A stretch of DNA of 63,925 bases, the filler included, from Gonapodya sp. JEL0774 (lineage: Eukaryota): NCBI GenBank assembly GCA_027604505.1. It is 5 parts of 5 records of this genome, joined end to end, with 100 filler letters (N's around TTAATTAATTAA, not from the genome) between each part and the next. Parts side by side here need not be neighbours in the genome. Positions count along the whole stretch, not along the records: positions 1 to 13,629 come from JADIIX010000324.1; positions 13,730 to 27,234 come from JADIIX010000326.1; 3 more parts are not named here. One strand, written 5' to 3'. Of the stretch, positions 10,230 through 22,949 are shown in pieces; positions within the stretch are counted from its first letter, which is position 1; the number at the start of each line of letters is the position of its first letter. The translations under genes and the position numbers were made by a program. Below the pieces are notes generated by a model, which saw nothing but the letters and a program-made list of their open reading frames with translations, made no database searches and was not told where the DNA came from.

Positions 10230-12336
10230 GCGCCAGCAACCAGTCCTTTGCCACAGTACACACACTTATTTGTCATCGCACGAATCCGCCACTCGGTCGC
10301 CAGTGCGCGCTTTTCGCGTTCAATGGCTGCAGAGGGGAGTGATCGATTGGGTGGCAATTGGCGGGCGAGCAGCGGAGTCGATGGTTTACTGGGTTGGGGA
10401 GTCGTAGTTGGAGGTGCCAGAGGTGCAGATGCCGCCACCGCCGCGTCGCGCCCCTTCTTCTCTTCCTTTCGTGCCTTGTCCCGCTCCTTATCCCGCTTCT
10501 TCTTCTCAGCCTCTCTCCTATCTCTCTCCTCTTCCATCTCCTTGGTCAGCGGTTCAGCAACTTTTGCCTTCTTCCAGTCGTACAGTGTCTCGTTGCCCTC
10601 GATCGCGCGGAATCGCCTTATGGCGTCGCGCACGGGTCGGTCCGAAGCCACTTCGTACGCCGTGCGTCGACCAAGGGTGGGATCCGCGCCGCGAGTGAGT
10701 AGCGCAGTCGCAGTTTCATGGTGACCTGATTTGGAAGCGAGGTGCAGCAAAGTTGGGTACGCGGGATCAGGTAAGGTGATGTTGACGAGATTGGAAAAGG
10801 CAAGCTCAGGATTCGCAGGCAGAAGAGTGGCGAGGAGGCGGTCAAGGTGGGAAACAAGAAGATCAGTCTTCCCTTTTGTAGCTAACTCGGAGAGTTTACT
10901 GATGGTCGGTTGGTCCACCAACTGTGGAGGTCCGGGTTCAGGTATTGATACGGCAGTGCTCCCATCCACGGCCTTGATCTCCGAAGTGGCAGTCTCCTTC
11001 ACTCGATTCTTTTCCTTCATTACCTCGTCTTCGGCCGGCACCTCGATCACACGAGCTGTCGACAGCTCTCGGAAGCAACGTTGGAGTTCTGTAAGAGTTG
11101 GACGGTGTGTGGGGAAGGGGAGCTTGTGGAGGGTAGGGTGGTCTGTAAGAAGAAATTGGGATCCATGAGGTGCAACAGAATCGGGGGACAAATTTGTGAC
11201 AACACACCCTTTCTCAAAACCGGTGCCTCTCCACCAAACAGCAATTGCAAATTTCCTTTCCCTGCTGCCGCATAAAACACTCCCTCGCTCGTGTCGATCC
11301 ACTTCTTCCACTCTGCACTGCCCATGGCGGCCCTCACCTCTTCCTCTAATGCCCGCTCGTTATACCTCCTCAGTGCCGCACCGGCACTCAAAGCGGCCCC
11401 GCCGCCACCAGAGTCATTCCGAGACTGAGCACCACCTTGCTTCCGCCGGGTTGTATAGCGGTGGAAGGATTTTGAGGCGAGAGGTTTGGGCGGGGCGGAC
11501 TGTTGCGAGGATGATGTGGAGAGCTGCGTTGGTAAAGGAAATACGGCGGCACTAAAGTGTCCAGAAGAAAGAAGGATGAACATCCACGTGCGAGGAGATG
11601 TAGTAGTGGCGGTAGTGGTGGTGAGAGCTGGGTTGGACTTGGATTTGGAAGAAGAAATGGTAGGTTGGAGAGATGTGAGGTAGTCAAGCATGATGCGAGG
11701 GGAGGCAGTACTTGGAAATAAGCACTTGTAGATGAGTAGAGCATGGCGAGCTGGGTTGGTGACTGTGGTTGTTGAAGCCTCGACACCTTTCGAGAGAGCT
11801 GCTGGAGGCGGGTGACCCTCTGAAAGCGGAAAGGCAAAGACTGGTCGCGATTTTGACACGTGATCTAGCAAGAAACCATCTGAGTGTTCTTTTCCGTCCT
11901 TAGAGGAGGATCCCCTGGGACCAACGTTCACATCTCTCTCGTCATCACTGTCCTCTCCATTTTCGCTGTCCGATCCTTCTATTGACGACAAGTCTGACAG
12001 ATCATCAAAAGCATCCTCTGTCAAGGCAGCTAGGTTTTTCAACCTTCGCTTGAGATTGAATCTGTGCCAATCAGACCTTGAATGTTGTCGCTGGTCATCG
12101 AGAGAAGCAAACGCCGCCCCGCACGCGGCACAGGAGAGGGAAGATCCAGCGGAGGTTACAGAGAGTGTGGCAGACACCTCAGGTGAGTCTGTGGATTCTA
12201 GTGCGGTCAGTTGGGACACAGCAGCGGTGATCGAATCGGTTGGCGAGTGCGAGTCGAGGTCAATCAAGCCAAGAAGACCCGCGCGGCCCAGAGAAAACAC
12301 AGAGTGCGACGTTGATGCTCGAGGAAGCGGGGCCAT
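10230..12336 (-). CDS. VMS1: Vms1/ANKZF1 peptidyl-tRNA release nuclease (C2H2 finger, VLRF1, ankyrin, coiled coil); 3' end in gap
   Basis: CAACG..QRQHSRSDWHRFNLKR, SGHFSAAVF, KSFHRYTTRRKQGGAQS, SAGAALRRYNE, ankyrin TLLHLASKSGH, YDWKKAKV, EREKRALATEWRI, CVYCG; one intron near 11.14-11.21 kb. Confidence 0.93.
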
Positions 12337-12580
12337 CGTGGTCAGTTGTTTGTCAAGAAACAGTTTGTGGTGGGTTTGGAGAATGTTTCTCGCTGACAGT
12401 ACAGACCAGTGGCCGCAGGACCACTCATATTTCTTCTCGAATGTGGAGCGTTGACCGCATTTCGAGCATTACAGAAAGAACTTTAGATTCTTGAATGACA
12501 TTCGCTATGCATGAACAGATCGCGCGGTACAAAAATGCAAAAATATCTTCTTCACGATGATCCCGAAACATTGAAGCTCA

Positions 12581-13629
12581 TCAATTGGGCTTCCAGATAG
12601 CAGAGAAGATGGCAGACAACGTCGACTGGGAAGACTTGGCGAAAGCATACGTATTCTCGCCCTTGGAGATGTTTCCGATACCCCGAGAGTCAAGCCAGGT
12701 CGAGAAGGTGTGAAGATCGGGTTTGAGTGCGCGCAGTGCCGGGATATCAGCCTGTAATGGGATTATCATTGACATGCCAGAAGAGCTGCGTCAGTGCAGG
12801 TTTGATCATCGATTGTGCATTAACTTACCTTGTACCCTTCCTTCTCGAAGAAGACTTCCATGTTGTAAAGATCACGCGAGACAAGCCAGAATGCCCACTT
12901 CGGCATCATTTGTGAGTAGCTCCATGGCACGCCGGTTTTCTCAGAGAGAGCATTCGCCATTGTGATCCCCGACACGACATCACCTGCAAGCTCCGTTTCC
13001 TTTCCTCGGAACAGCTCCGGATTCACAAAAGCCATGGTCGCGAATGCGCCAATATCATCCACCGATATAACTTGCTGGGAAACGTTTGGTGGTGTCATCC
13101 ATGAGATGCTGCCTTGAGTTAGAGGGCCAAACATCTCGATGTTGTCCATGAAGTTGACCGGACGAAGGATGGCGTAGCCGTCAGCCCATGGCTTCGACTT
13201 AAGATATTGCTCAATGCGATACTTGGATCCGAATTCGGGGACAGCCCTACGGGGGAGACAGCTGTAGAGAGCCAACCAACAACAATTGGATCTGATCATT
13301 GCTCACCTCCCAAGATCGGTTGTCAGGCCACCCACTGATGAGAAAACAATGTACCTTACGCCCGCCGCAAGAGCTGATGATGGAGGAGAGTTGAACGGAG
13401 AAAGTATTATATGCATTGGTGATCTCGGCAGGAGAGTTAACAACAAGTTGGTAGTCCGAATCGCACCTGAGTCAATAACAGTGGTACCCTGTCGATCATT
13501 CAACAGATCAATAATAGAGAATCAGCGTATCTTGGCTGCCAGAACAAACCTGAGTGACTTCATCCTCGACGCCCTTCTTCTCGATGAACGCCGTCACCAA
13601 AAACACTCCATAGACATCCTTCATCGCCA
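12581..13629 (-). CDS. NmrA-like NAD(P)-binding protein (5' end in gap)
   Basis: GVRYIVFSSVG, VPEFGSKYRIEQYL, ILRPVNFMDN, ISVDDIGAFA, ELAGD, ADIPALR. Confidence 0.85.
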
Positions 13630-13729
13630 NNNNNNNNNNNNNNNNNNNNNNNNNNNNNNNNNNNNNNNNNNNNTTAATTAATTAANNNNNNNNNNNNNNN
13701 NNNNNNNNNNNNNNNNNNNNNNNNNNNNN

Positions 13730-16700
13730 TTCTGATTCGATGACAGAGTTGGAAGCCACGGAGGTGGGAATGAGCACATCCAATTCGGATGTCGAAAGCA
13801 ACATCAATGAAGACGAAACCGCGTCTGATATAATATCCAAAGAAGACCTGAGCCCCATGACTCTGAATGTGACTGACTTTCCAATGCCGAAGAGCGCTCC
13901 GACTTCACGAAAGGGGTCCGCCACCGGTGCTGTTGTAATGTCAGGGTCACGCCGAAGCTCTGGAAACGGCGTTCTGACCAGCTCACGGAAGGGCTCCGTC
14001 TTACTAGCACTCGAAGAAGAAGGAGAAAGCCCTGATCTTGAAGATCCAAGTGTATTCGAGGCTCCTCCTCAAGCTTACCAGATTGGCGGGCGCCGTTCCA
14101 GCATCATCCCAGAGCTTAAGCTTACCCTGGATGAGCGACGGTCATCAGCATCACCTAATCAGAGTAACAAGCAATACGCGCGGAAGGCCGCCAGTTCTCA
14201 TGGAACCAACGAATCTGGAGGAAGCGCAAAAGCTGCACGGCGAGCCAAGATGATGCGCTTGGAGTTCAATCACAGAGTTCGAGCGATCCCCGAGATATAT
14301 CGAAGGCGCCTTTATATCCTTTCGGGTTGCTTCGTTGCTGTTTTGGTCTTTTCGTTAGTTTACTCAAACTTGACGTTTGCAACACGCAAGTATTCTGAGA
14401 TTGAAGCGCAACCCTCAGCGGTGTCTCATGATTCAAGTATCCTCTAGTGTCTCAAAGTGTTTCAGATTTTCTTCTGTCAACTGAAATCGGTCGATATGCC
14501 GTCATGGTGAGTCGAATAGTCAGTACTCTGATTTCAAATCAGACTCAGTGTACAACGTACTATGTATGCTAGATCATTCAGTCAGCGCGGCTCATGAGCC
14601 TTTTTGGAAGTCGAGCTGACGTCAGTCAATTCAACTACTGGCGAGAAAATCTTATACAGTTGGACGACAAGGTGAATTGAGACTCATCATGGCGACCACT
14701 TATTCTCAATTGTCCTGATGAACATTGCTTTACAACCTCCAGCTGTTTTTTGTGCAAAAAACGTATTTGGTTCCGCGTAGCGGGCTCACAACGAGTATCA
14801 ACCGAGTACTGATCTACGATCACATCGCTCCGAATAAATCGTTCACGGCGAATAGTCTCTACTACAATCAGTTTGAAATATCAAAATCGGTACAATTAGC
14901 CGCAGAAGGGCTACTGAAGAGAGGTAAGGGCAACATAGGAAGTGTTCGTTCTTCAATGAATGTCAGAAGCAACTACAGAGCTTGGCATGGTTCACCCAGA
15001 TATTCAATACTTCCAAACTCACCCGCCCACCACCGATCTCAATCTTCGATATCTTTTGGACAATTTCGAAACTCTTGGTCTCAGTCTGAAAAGTATGTTT
15101 TTGTTTGTGTGGCAGTTCATCGTGTATTCCATTCGTCAGTACCAAGGAGGTTCCTTGATTTAGGTGTCGCGGAGACTGGGGAGGCTGCGTTCATTGTAAC
15201 AGTAACAGGACAACAACTTATTATTTGGGTTTGTTCCTTCCCGGACCGAACCTTACATCGCGGGGAATTGTGTTGACTCAATTCACCAATTCTTGGATCC
15301 AGGTTGCTCTCGCAATGTCTGTTAGTGTGGCAATTTTCCTTGGAACAACTGTTTTGCATCCTCTCGTAACACGTACGAGGCAGGTGCAAATTTCTTATTT
15401 GAAAAACATAACCTTGGTTCCCAAGAAAGCTGTGGACGACATTCTTCTAACACTGGATGAGCAGGTGAGTGACGGCATCTACACTGACCATTCACGCACT
15501 TGCAGATGATTGTTGCGTCCAAAATCAGCTTGAAATGCTTTCCGAAGATGGCTCTGATAGCAAAGTTTCGGCAGTCGTACAGGTGGGCTTCCGTCACGTC
15601 ACATTCATACGGGCATGAAATCCGAGCAAATTTTTGAAATATTCATTGTCATGACAGGACAATGATCAAAAAAGGGATACACTCAAGTCCACTGTGAATT
15701 ACACGATGTCCCTTCTCTTTCTGGGCACCTGTGCGGTTGCCATTGTCATTCCCGTTCTCATGAGGCTACCTCTGAATATACAGTATATACAGGTGCGCAG
15801 AGTTTGCTTGGGATGTGCTCGAAATTCGACTGATTCAATTTGCGTGACAGATGGTGAACTTTACGAATCAAAGAAAGGTGGTCATTTCTTCTCGTATTGG
15901 CCCGCAGGAACCATAGAGCTCACAGATTTCTGTTTTTTTTTTTTTTNNNNNNNNNNNNNNNNNNNNNNNNNNNNNNNNNNNNNNNNNNNNNNNNNNNNNN
16001 NNNNNNNNNNNNNNNNNNNNNNNNNNNNNNNNNNNNNNNNNNNNNNTTTTTTTTTTTTTTATCGACAGTACTGGACAGAGGCCGTCAAGGCTCTGGTAAG
16101 TGTTCATCACATACACACTATCTAAATAATCTCACGGCTCTCTGTTGTGTCGGTTACAAGTCTTACGAAGTTCTCATCGGTGACTCCACGATTTGGTTGC
16201 CTGGAAGACCAGAAGCACTTTTGAGTGATGCGTGAGTGCCCAGAAGGTTGTTCTTGCGATCTCGGTCTCACGCGCACCATGACCACCCGAAGAATTGTTC
16301 AATATGAGGACATTCACCGGAACGCCTTGACGGGACATGGAATTCGCGAAATTCAAGCGACGGCTTCAATAGACTTAGTTTTCTGGTGAGTACTGATTGC
16401 CATCATTTAATCCTCCCGTACAGGTGTAACTTGTTCTCTAGGCTCACGGAAGATCTGGGTTGCATGATCGCAAGCTGTGATCCATCCGTTCGGAATTTCA
16501 ATTCAACAATAGGTATAGTTGAACGTCTCCTTTTAAAGATGAAGATATAACTGACTGTTCCTCCTCACCAAGGGTTTAACTACAATCAGTCGGTGTCTCC
16601 GCTGGACAACATGGTAGGTTGGATTTAAACTTCATAAGATTTTTGATCAGCCGCAGTAATAGAGGCTCAATTCCGCACGCCATCCTGCAGATTCTTGACT

Positions 16701-17234
16701 TTCTACGAAATGCTAGGCAATTTTTAGAAATCAATGGTCATCAAGGAACCATGAATTTTGCAGACGTGGGTCCGTCCTTTTCAGTACACAGAAGGGATTT
16801 GAGCTTTGAGCTTTCTGTTTGGCCATTAACGAGTTCCTGTCGTCGCAGGACCGTCTTCGTTTCATGCAAGAAATGAGCGTGGATATCCAAGGAGGGCTGT
16901 ATTTGATTGATACGCTTGTGCTTCAGAGCTTCCTCCCCGACGGAAACGCCAAAGCCCAGGCGATCTCGATCGCAATATTCACCATGACGTTGGTTGCTTT
17001 TCTATTGATCTACTCACTGAACTTTCGAAGGATGGTTGACGGTTCGTACGGCTGACTCGTTTATGGTTGAATCGAATTGTTCCGATGCTGACACTGTTCT
17101 TGAAAGATCGAACACTGGATATGGATACGCTTGTCAACCTCCTTTACATGATTCCCATAGAAACCATAAACGCCAACCCGAAACTGCAACGTTTGATTCA
17201 AACAGGGGGGGCGTCGGTTGGGGAGGAGGACTGA
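13730..17234 (+). CDS. C-terminal part of a large multi-exon multipass membrane protein (resembles TmcB/TmcC-type proteins)
   Basis: Ser-rich cytoplasmic region, then TM pairs each followed by an amphipathic segment (YLKNITLVPKKAVDDILLTL; LVNLLYMIPIETINANPKLQRLI); stop at 17232-17234. Family assignment is from motif resemblance only. Confidence 0.5.
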
Positions 17235-17437
17235 TCCTTCAGCTCGGCCCACAAGGACTTGCACTAGCCGAAGCAACTGCATTTTTGTACACATTTTGCA
17301 TGATTTTCGCATTGTATTGTCTCTGTCATTTTAGATTTTGTCGCCTGTCGGTCGGTGTACCGTGATGTTGCAGCGCTGTTCGCACCTGAAAAAGTTCGCC
17401 AGCTTGATGCTGATCCCTCCAAAAACAAGACCTTCCG

Positions 17438-20400
17438 ATGATCAGGAGCTCGTATACGAATCAGGTTACCGCGGCGACAGCGGACTGGCTCCTTCTTGGC
17501 TCGACGTTTTACAGGTTTGTTCGAACGTTGTGGAGATTTTCAGATAAGGACGTCACCCTGCCGTAACCGCGACCGGGAATGTCTCCATTTCTCTCACAGG
17601 CGGACCCAGCTGTACTCAATGGGATGGGGCCCTACCGATTTGTCGAACTATATGATTGCTGTGTGTCCCTTTGGTGGACCGATCGGTAAGAAGTTGACTA
17701 AGAAGTTGACCATGACCGTGATCGTTGAGAGTGGATAGCCGAATATCCCCCTCATGTTATTGGTGACCGCAATTACTCTCTCTCTCTCTCTTCAGCTCTC
17801 ATTCGGAATGACCGAAAGCTCATGCTACTACAACCGGGGGGCGCAGGGAATGTTACACCACCCTCGGTTTCCGCAAGCGCTAGTCTCGTTCCAACGCTAT
17901 TTTTCTATACTTCTGCGGGAAAACTTATTCACTCATTCGCGTGGACCAGGCCGCGATTGGTGCGAATGGCGTGGACTGAATCGGAGAGGTTGATAGCTTG
18001 TTGCGAAGACGGGAGCGTTGTGATTTACGATGTGTTTGGCGAAATTGTCACATCATTCAGCTTGGGATTAGGCATGGGACTGGGACTCCGAGCTGATGGC
18101 TCTATACCAGAACTCCAGGTCGAAGGGCTGACCACATCTCCGGCTTCGGGTTCTAGCGCCCCAGGGGGATCCGCGAAAGAGCGTCTCGCGGTTCTAGATT
18201 GCCGTATGTGGAACAGTGGACTCGTTGCAATGGTGGGACCCCGGGCAGCATTACGGCGTGACAACGGAGGTCATACCACCCCGTCACAATTAACACCAAG
18301 TACCGTTGTCATTCAAGCCCCTACAACATCGCTCCCTTCGGATGTCTACCATTTTGTAGCTGTTACCGACCTCACTTCACCTCGACCTCGCGCTCTCCCG
18401 ACTATACCCTCTCCCCACACTCCGTCATTACTTGCGCCACCGCACGCCTGGACAATCATACCACCTCACCTCAGCCCCTCTCGCACTGTCGAAGTGCTGA
18501 TTGCAGTTTCGTCAACTGTATACCTTGTTGACCCCGCGACTGCTGCAGACCAGCTCCTGTCGCAGCACGGTCCCTTCTCTGCCCTCTCTGTCTCATCCAA
18601 CGGCAAGTTTCTCGCGCTCTACACCAAGAACAATAAAGTCTGGGTGGTCTCTACTGATTTTAGCAAGAATCTTTGCTTATTCGACACGAGAATGGACGCT
18701 CCCCCCGACAGCATCGCCTGGTGTGGGACAGACTGCGTTGTTATGGCGTGGAATGGGGGCGGCATTGTCCTCGAGAAGACTCCGACGACAAGCAAGTCCA
18801 AGCGCAACGCACCTATCGTAGCATCTACTGACCGTCAGGGTCAAGTCGTCATGGTCGGACCGTCCGCCGAAAACGTGACCCTATATTACGATCCTCCCAC
18901 ACCAGCTTCAAGCGTACCAGGCACGGCAACGATCCAGCCGGGTACCTCGATTCACTTAGTTCCAGAGGTAGATTCGGTAAGGATCATTACATCTGAATCG
19001 TGTGAGATACTGGGGAAAGTACCGGCGGCGACTGAGGCAGTGTTTCGGATCGGAGCAACAGGCCCTGCGGCTACATTGTACGATGCTCTCGAGTCATTTG
19101 AGGTCTGTTTCTATGGAGAGCTCTCGTGCACTTTAGTTTCGGAAGACTAAGTCGCGATTTATGCCCTCCGCGTCCATTTTCCCAAATCAGCGAAAATCAC
19201 CCAAAGCCGACGAATTGGTCCGTTCGATCCGAGCAGACTTGGCATTTGCTATCGACACTCTGGTCGAAGCTGCTGCTAACGACTTCTCCACCGCTGCTCA
19301 AAAGGCGCTGTTGAAGGCAGCATCGTTTGGCAAGTGCTTTTTGGATGGAGATGGTCAGGGCACGGGATACAATGCAGAAAAGTTCGTGGACACATGTCGA
19401 GCAGTGAGAGTGTTGAACGCTGTGAGGGATCCCAATGTTGCAGGGATGGCGATCACGTACGGCCAGTGAGTGCTCGGGGGACCATGCTCTACCGCAAGTG
19501 TCTTCCACCGACCATGAGACTAGCTGACTGGTTTCTCTTATGTTCCAAACATGGCTACAAGATATGTTCGCCTCACCCCTGAAGTCCTCATCGACCGCTT
19601 GATCAACCGCCGCATGCACTTATTCGCCCTACGAGCGTGCGAGTACCTGGCCATGAGCGGGGAGCGTGTCATCGTCCACTGGGCGCGCACCAAGGTGTGT
19701 TCTTTACAGCTCTTGCTCCATTCAACTTGTTTCGCCCTCATTTGGATGTATTCACGTCCATCATCATGGCAAAGATTCGCCGAGCCAAAGAGGACGAAGA
19801 AACCCTCACGCGAATCCTGAGCGAGCGACTGTCGAGCGTGTCGGAGCAGTATCCAGGATTGAGCTACGCGGATATCGCAAAGGAGGCTTTTCGGGCGGGA
19901 ATGTCGAGTTTGGCCACACAGGTGAGCGTCCAACTTCAAATTGGTGCCAACTCAACTCAGCACGTTCTCATTCTATGTCCCATCTATCTTGGACACACAC
20001 CATTGAATGCTAGCTTCTGGACTTCGAGCCTCATTCCAGCCACACCGTCCCCCTCCTCCTTGCAATGGGGTCTGACCAAGCTGCCCTCTCTAAATCTGTC
20101 TCCTCAGGTGACACCGATCTCGTTAACTTGGTCCTCCTGCACCTCCGCCGCAAGCTCCCCGCCGCCGAATTCTTCCGCGCCGTCTCTGCCCAACCTGCCG
20201 CCGCCAAATTACTCGAAGTGTACGCCCGGCGACAGTGGGAAGTCGGCGGTGAGGACGCCGGGTTGTTGAAAGACTGGTACTACCAGGACGATCGGCGCGG
20301 GGAAGGTGCGGACGTGGTTGTTGCCGAGAGTTTCCGCGAGCAGGAACCCGCGGTGCGTATCCCCATGCTAAGGGCAGCGTTGAAGCTCTATTCCGAAGAC

Positions 20401-20981
20401 AAGGAGCTGTCATTCGAAGCGAGGACGACGGAAGAAGAGATTCGGCTGTTGCAAATTCAAGAAGGGTTGGAGAAGGAGTTTGGGAGGCCGTTTGTGGACG
20501 CGACAGTCAGCGAGACGGTGTATCGATTGTTGGTGATGGGACAGGCCAGTAGGGCGCAGAAAGTGCGAGGGGACATGAAGGTTGGGGACAAGAGGTGGGT
20601 TCTCTCAGAGGCGGGGGGTCGTGTGGTCAGTGATCCTCCTTCACATCGCCCCGTCTCTAGGTTCTGGTGGCTGAAACTAAAAGCGCTCGTGCGGACCTCC
20701 AATTGGGAAGAATTGGAGAAATTCGCTCGCACCAAATCGCCCATCGGGTACGGCGTGAGTAGATTCCCTCTCGACGGGGGATCTTCCCGTTTCCTATTAT
20801 GTAACTGCACAGCTCACGTCTCCTCCGGCGTCTCCACTCAAACCCTTCTTTCTTCGCAAAGCCCTTCGTCGACGAATGTCTCAAAGTGAACGCGACGAAA
20901 GAGGCCATCAAGTACGTCGACAGGATCGAGCCCGGGGATCTGAGAGCCCAGTACATCGAGCGTGTGAGGGGGTTCGTGTGA
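17438..20981 (+). CDS. VPS16: Vacuolar protein sorting 16 (HOPS/CORVET subunit)
   Basis: ADWLLLGSTFYR, VCPFGGPIA, SSNGKFLALY, AWCGTD, RKSPKADELVR, QKALLKAASFGK, LRACEYL, HWARTK, SGDTDLV, YYQDDR, FWWLKLKAL, KSPIGY|PFVDEC. Confidence 0.95.
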
Positions 20982-21242
20982 ACAGTGGGAGAGTGGAGAT
21001 GTATGCGCGGCGGAGGCTCAGGACGTGTCCTGACAACAGTAGAGCGTGAGATGATGTGTTTCATTTTGAAGATTCGTTGTAGGTATTGATGTGCGTCATC
21101 TGCAGAGTATGGAAGGTCATGCTCACGGGTACAGGAACACTTCGTTTGAGAGATGTACATATACATATATACAGTGCACGGTCGTTGTGCGTGGTAGATA
21201 CATATTGTGCGTTATCCATCACCTCTGTCTTGTACATGGTAG

Positions 21243-22772
21243 TTACCTGGCCAACCGCGCCAACAACCCGTCCAATGACGCCACATCGAACGCTGCCAGG
21301 GCATTGGTAATAGGACCCTTTGTCAGACCATCTGTCCCGTCGGCACGTCCTGCACCTTGGTCGTGCTTCATGACGGGGTTACGGAGACTCGTTTGGGACG
21401 CGCCACTGTCAGTCGATGGAAAGTCGAGTTTGAGTGTCGGTACACGGGTGGGAATGAACGCGCTGTAGGTAGGGCACGACGAGGACGGCGTGGCAGGACC
21501 TGTTGGCTCAGGAGGGCGGAAGGGTTGTGTGGTGTCCTGGTTGACGGTCGAGTTGGGATCTTTTTTCACGTTGAGATGCTGCTCGTCGCTAATATCCACG
21601 TGGACGTCTTCGTCCTGGTGGTGAGAGGGTCCGTGCAGGGTTTTGCGGTACTGGTCGTAGATGGAGATGTACATATCGGCCTGGAAGGCAGTATGGATGT
21701 AACGTAAATGGCCGGAGAGGGTTCAGAAGTTGAAGGTCGCTTCAGCACTGGTGATCACCGACGCACTCGCGCCCCGCTCTTCATTCACATATAGTCACAC
21801 GAACCTCGCGCATAGTCTGCTCGAACAGGTCCTCCAATCTTTCGACCTGAGCACCCGGTGCCACGCTCGACTCGGCAGGCACCGAGGGCGGTTCATTGAC
21901 GTGCAGGTGCGAGGCTTCTTCGAGTTTACGGATGGCTTCGTGGAGTGTATGATGGTGGTCGCTATCAGAGTTGCTTGGATGGGTGTGAGGTTGCTGACGA
22001 AGGGAGGAGGGAGCAGCAGGTTGGGCGTTCGTTCCGGAAAACTGCATTACGGAGTTTGACTGAGATTGGTATCGAAGGTCACTTGCACGACTACGCTGTA
22101 CTTCATAGTTGTTGTACCGGGTCGAGATCGAGGGTTCATCGGTATCGTTGGAATCATTCGTCAAAATATGCACCTCGGACCGAGACCCTGCCTCGGCACC
22201 GTCCGCCCTGGACCCGTAGGATTCCAGCTCGCTGAAGGCGAAACGCTTTTCCGGATCCAAATCGGTCCGGAAGATGATTTCGTCCGAAGACGGCTGGGCG
22301 ATGAGTGTGAGGGGTAGGACGTGGTGGTTAAGGAGATCCCAACCGGCGTCCGCTTCGGCGTCCGAGTCAAGATACGAATCCAAGGGAGCGCAGTCTTCAT
22401 TTGGGACGTCGTTGAACGGCGGCTGGACGAAGAGTTGGCCGTGTGGAGACCAAAGATGATGTTGCCATGACCGTCACCAGGAGGACATTCCAGCGAATGC
22501 AGCCCTCAAGTTGAGTGGATTCAGTTGATGTTTGAGCGTCGCAAGTCACGTACCAAATGCGCCTTTGCCTGTTTCGGCGACAGCATTTCTGTTCCTTCTG
22601 TTGTTGGGGAGTTTATGATGTCTGTTTGTTGAAGACCGTGACGCAATGATGCAACTAAATACTGTGCGTAAAAACTCCGTGCTCCTCTCTGCTCTTTCAC
22701 TGGTGGCAACGAAACCCCCTCTGGACCTGTTGCAACTTGAGCGTCACTCACCAGTCTCGGTGCCAACTGCAT
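21243..22772 (-). CDS. Hypothetical low-complexity protein (probably multi-exon)
   Basis: Three consecutive same-strand ORFs (22521-22772, 21781-22383, 21243-21674); no recognisable domain. Confidence 0.4.
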
Positions 22773-22949
22773 AAGCGGTCCCGGTGAAGGGTCCTTCTCA
22801 ATTCTAGGGCGAGACTGATCAAATCAAGAACAATAGCGTAGTTACACACTGTGGCCTGTTTTAAAGGTAGTTACATTGTCTGTGATGTTACCTCTACCAA
22901 AACATGGTGAGCGCTAGGGCAGTACCGAGCTGTTCATCACAAAAGGCAT

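Noticed and set aside
13630..13729. TTAATTAATTAA palindrome embedded in N runs (also at 27279, 40824 and 54229)
   Set aside because: Identical all-frame-stop spacer centred in gaps: an assembly or concatenation artefact. Adjacency across these gaps is therefore not guaranteed.
14314..14322. ATATCCTTT AT-AC donor consensus
   Set aside because: Lies in an open frame that continues straight into a predicted TM helix; no matching U12 branch site seen.
15933..16059. Long poly-T flanking a gap
   Set aside because: Intronic homopolymer that probably caused the gap; no evidence of a retroposon tail or TSD.
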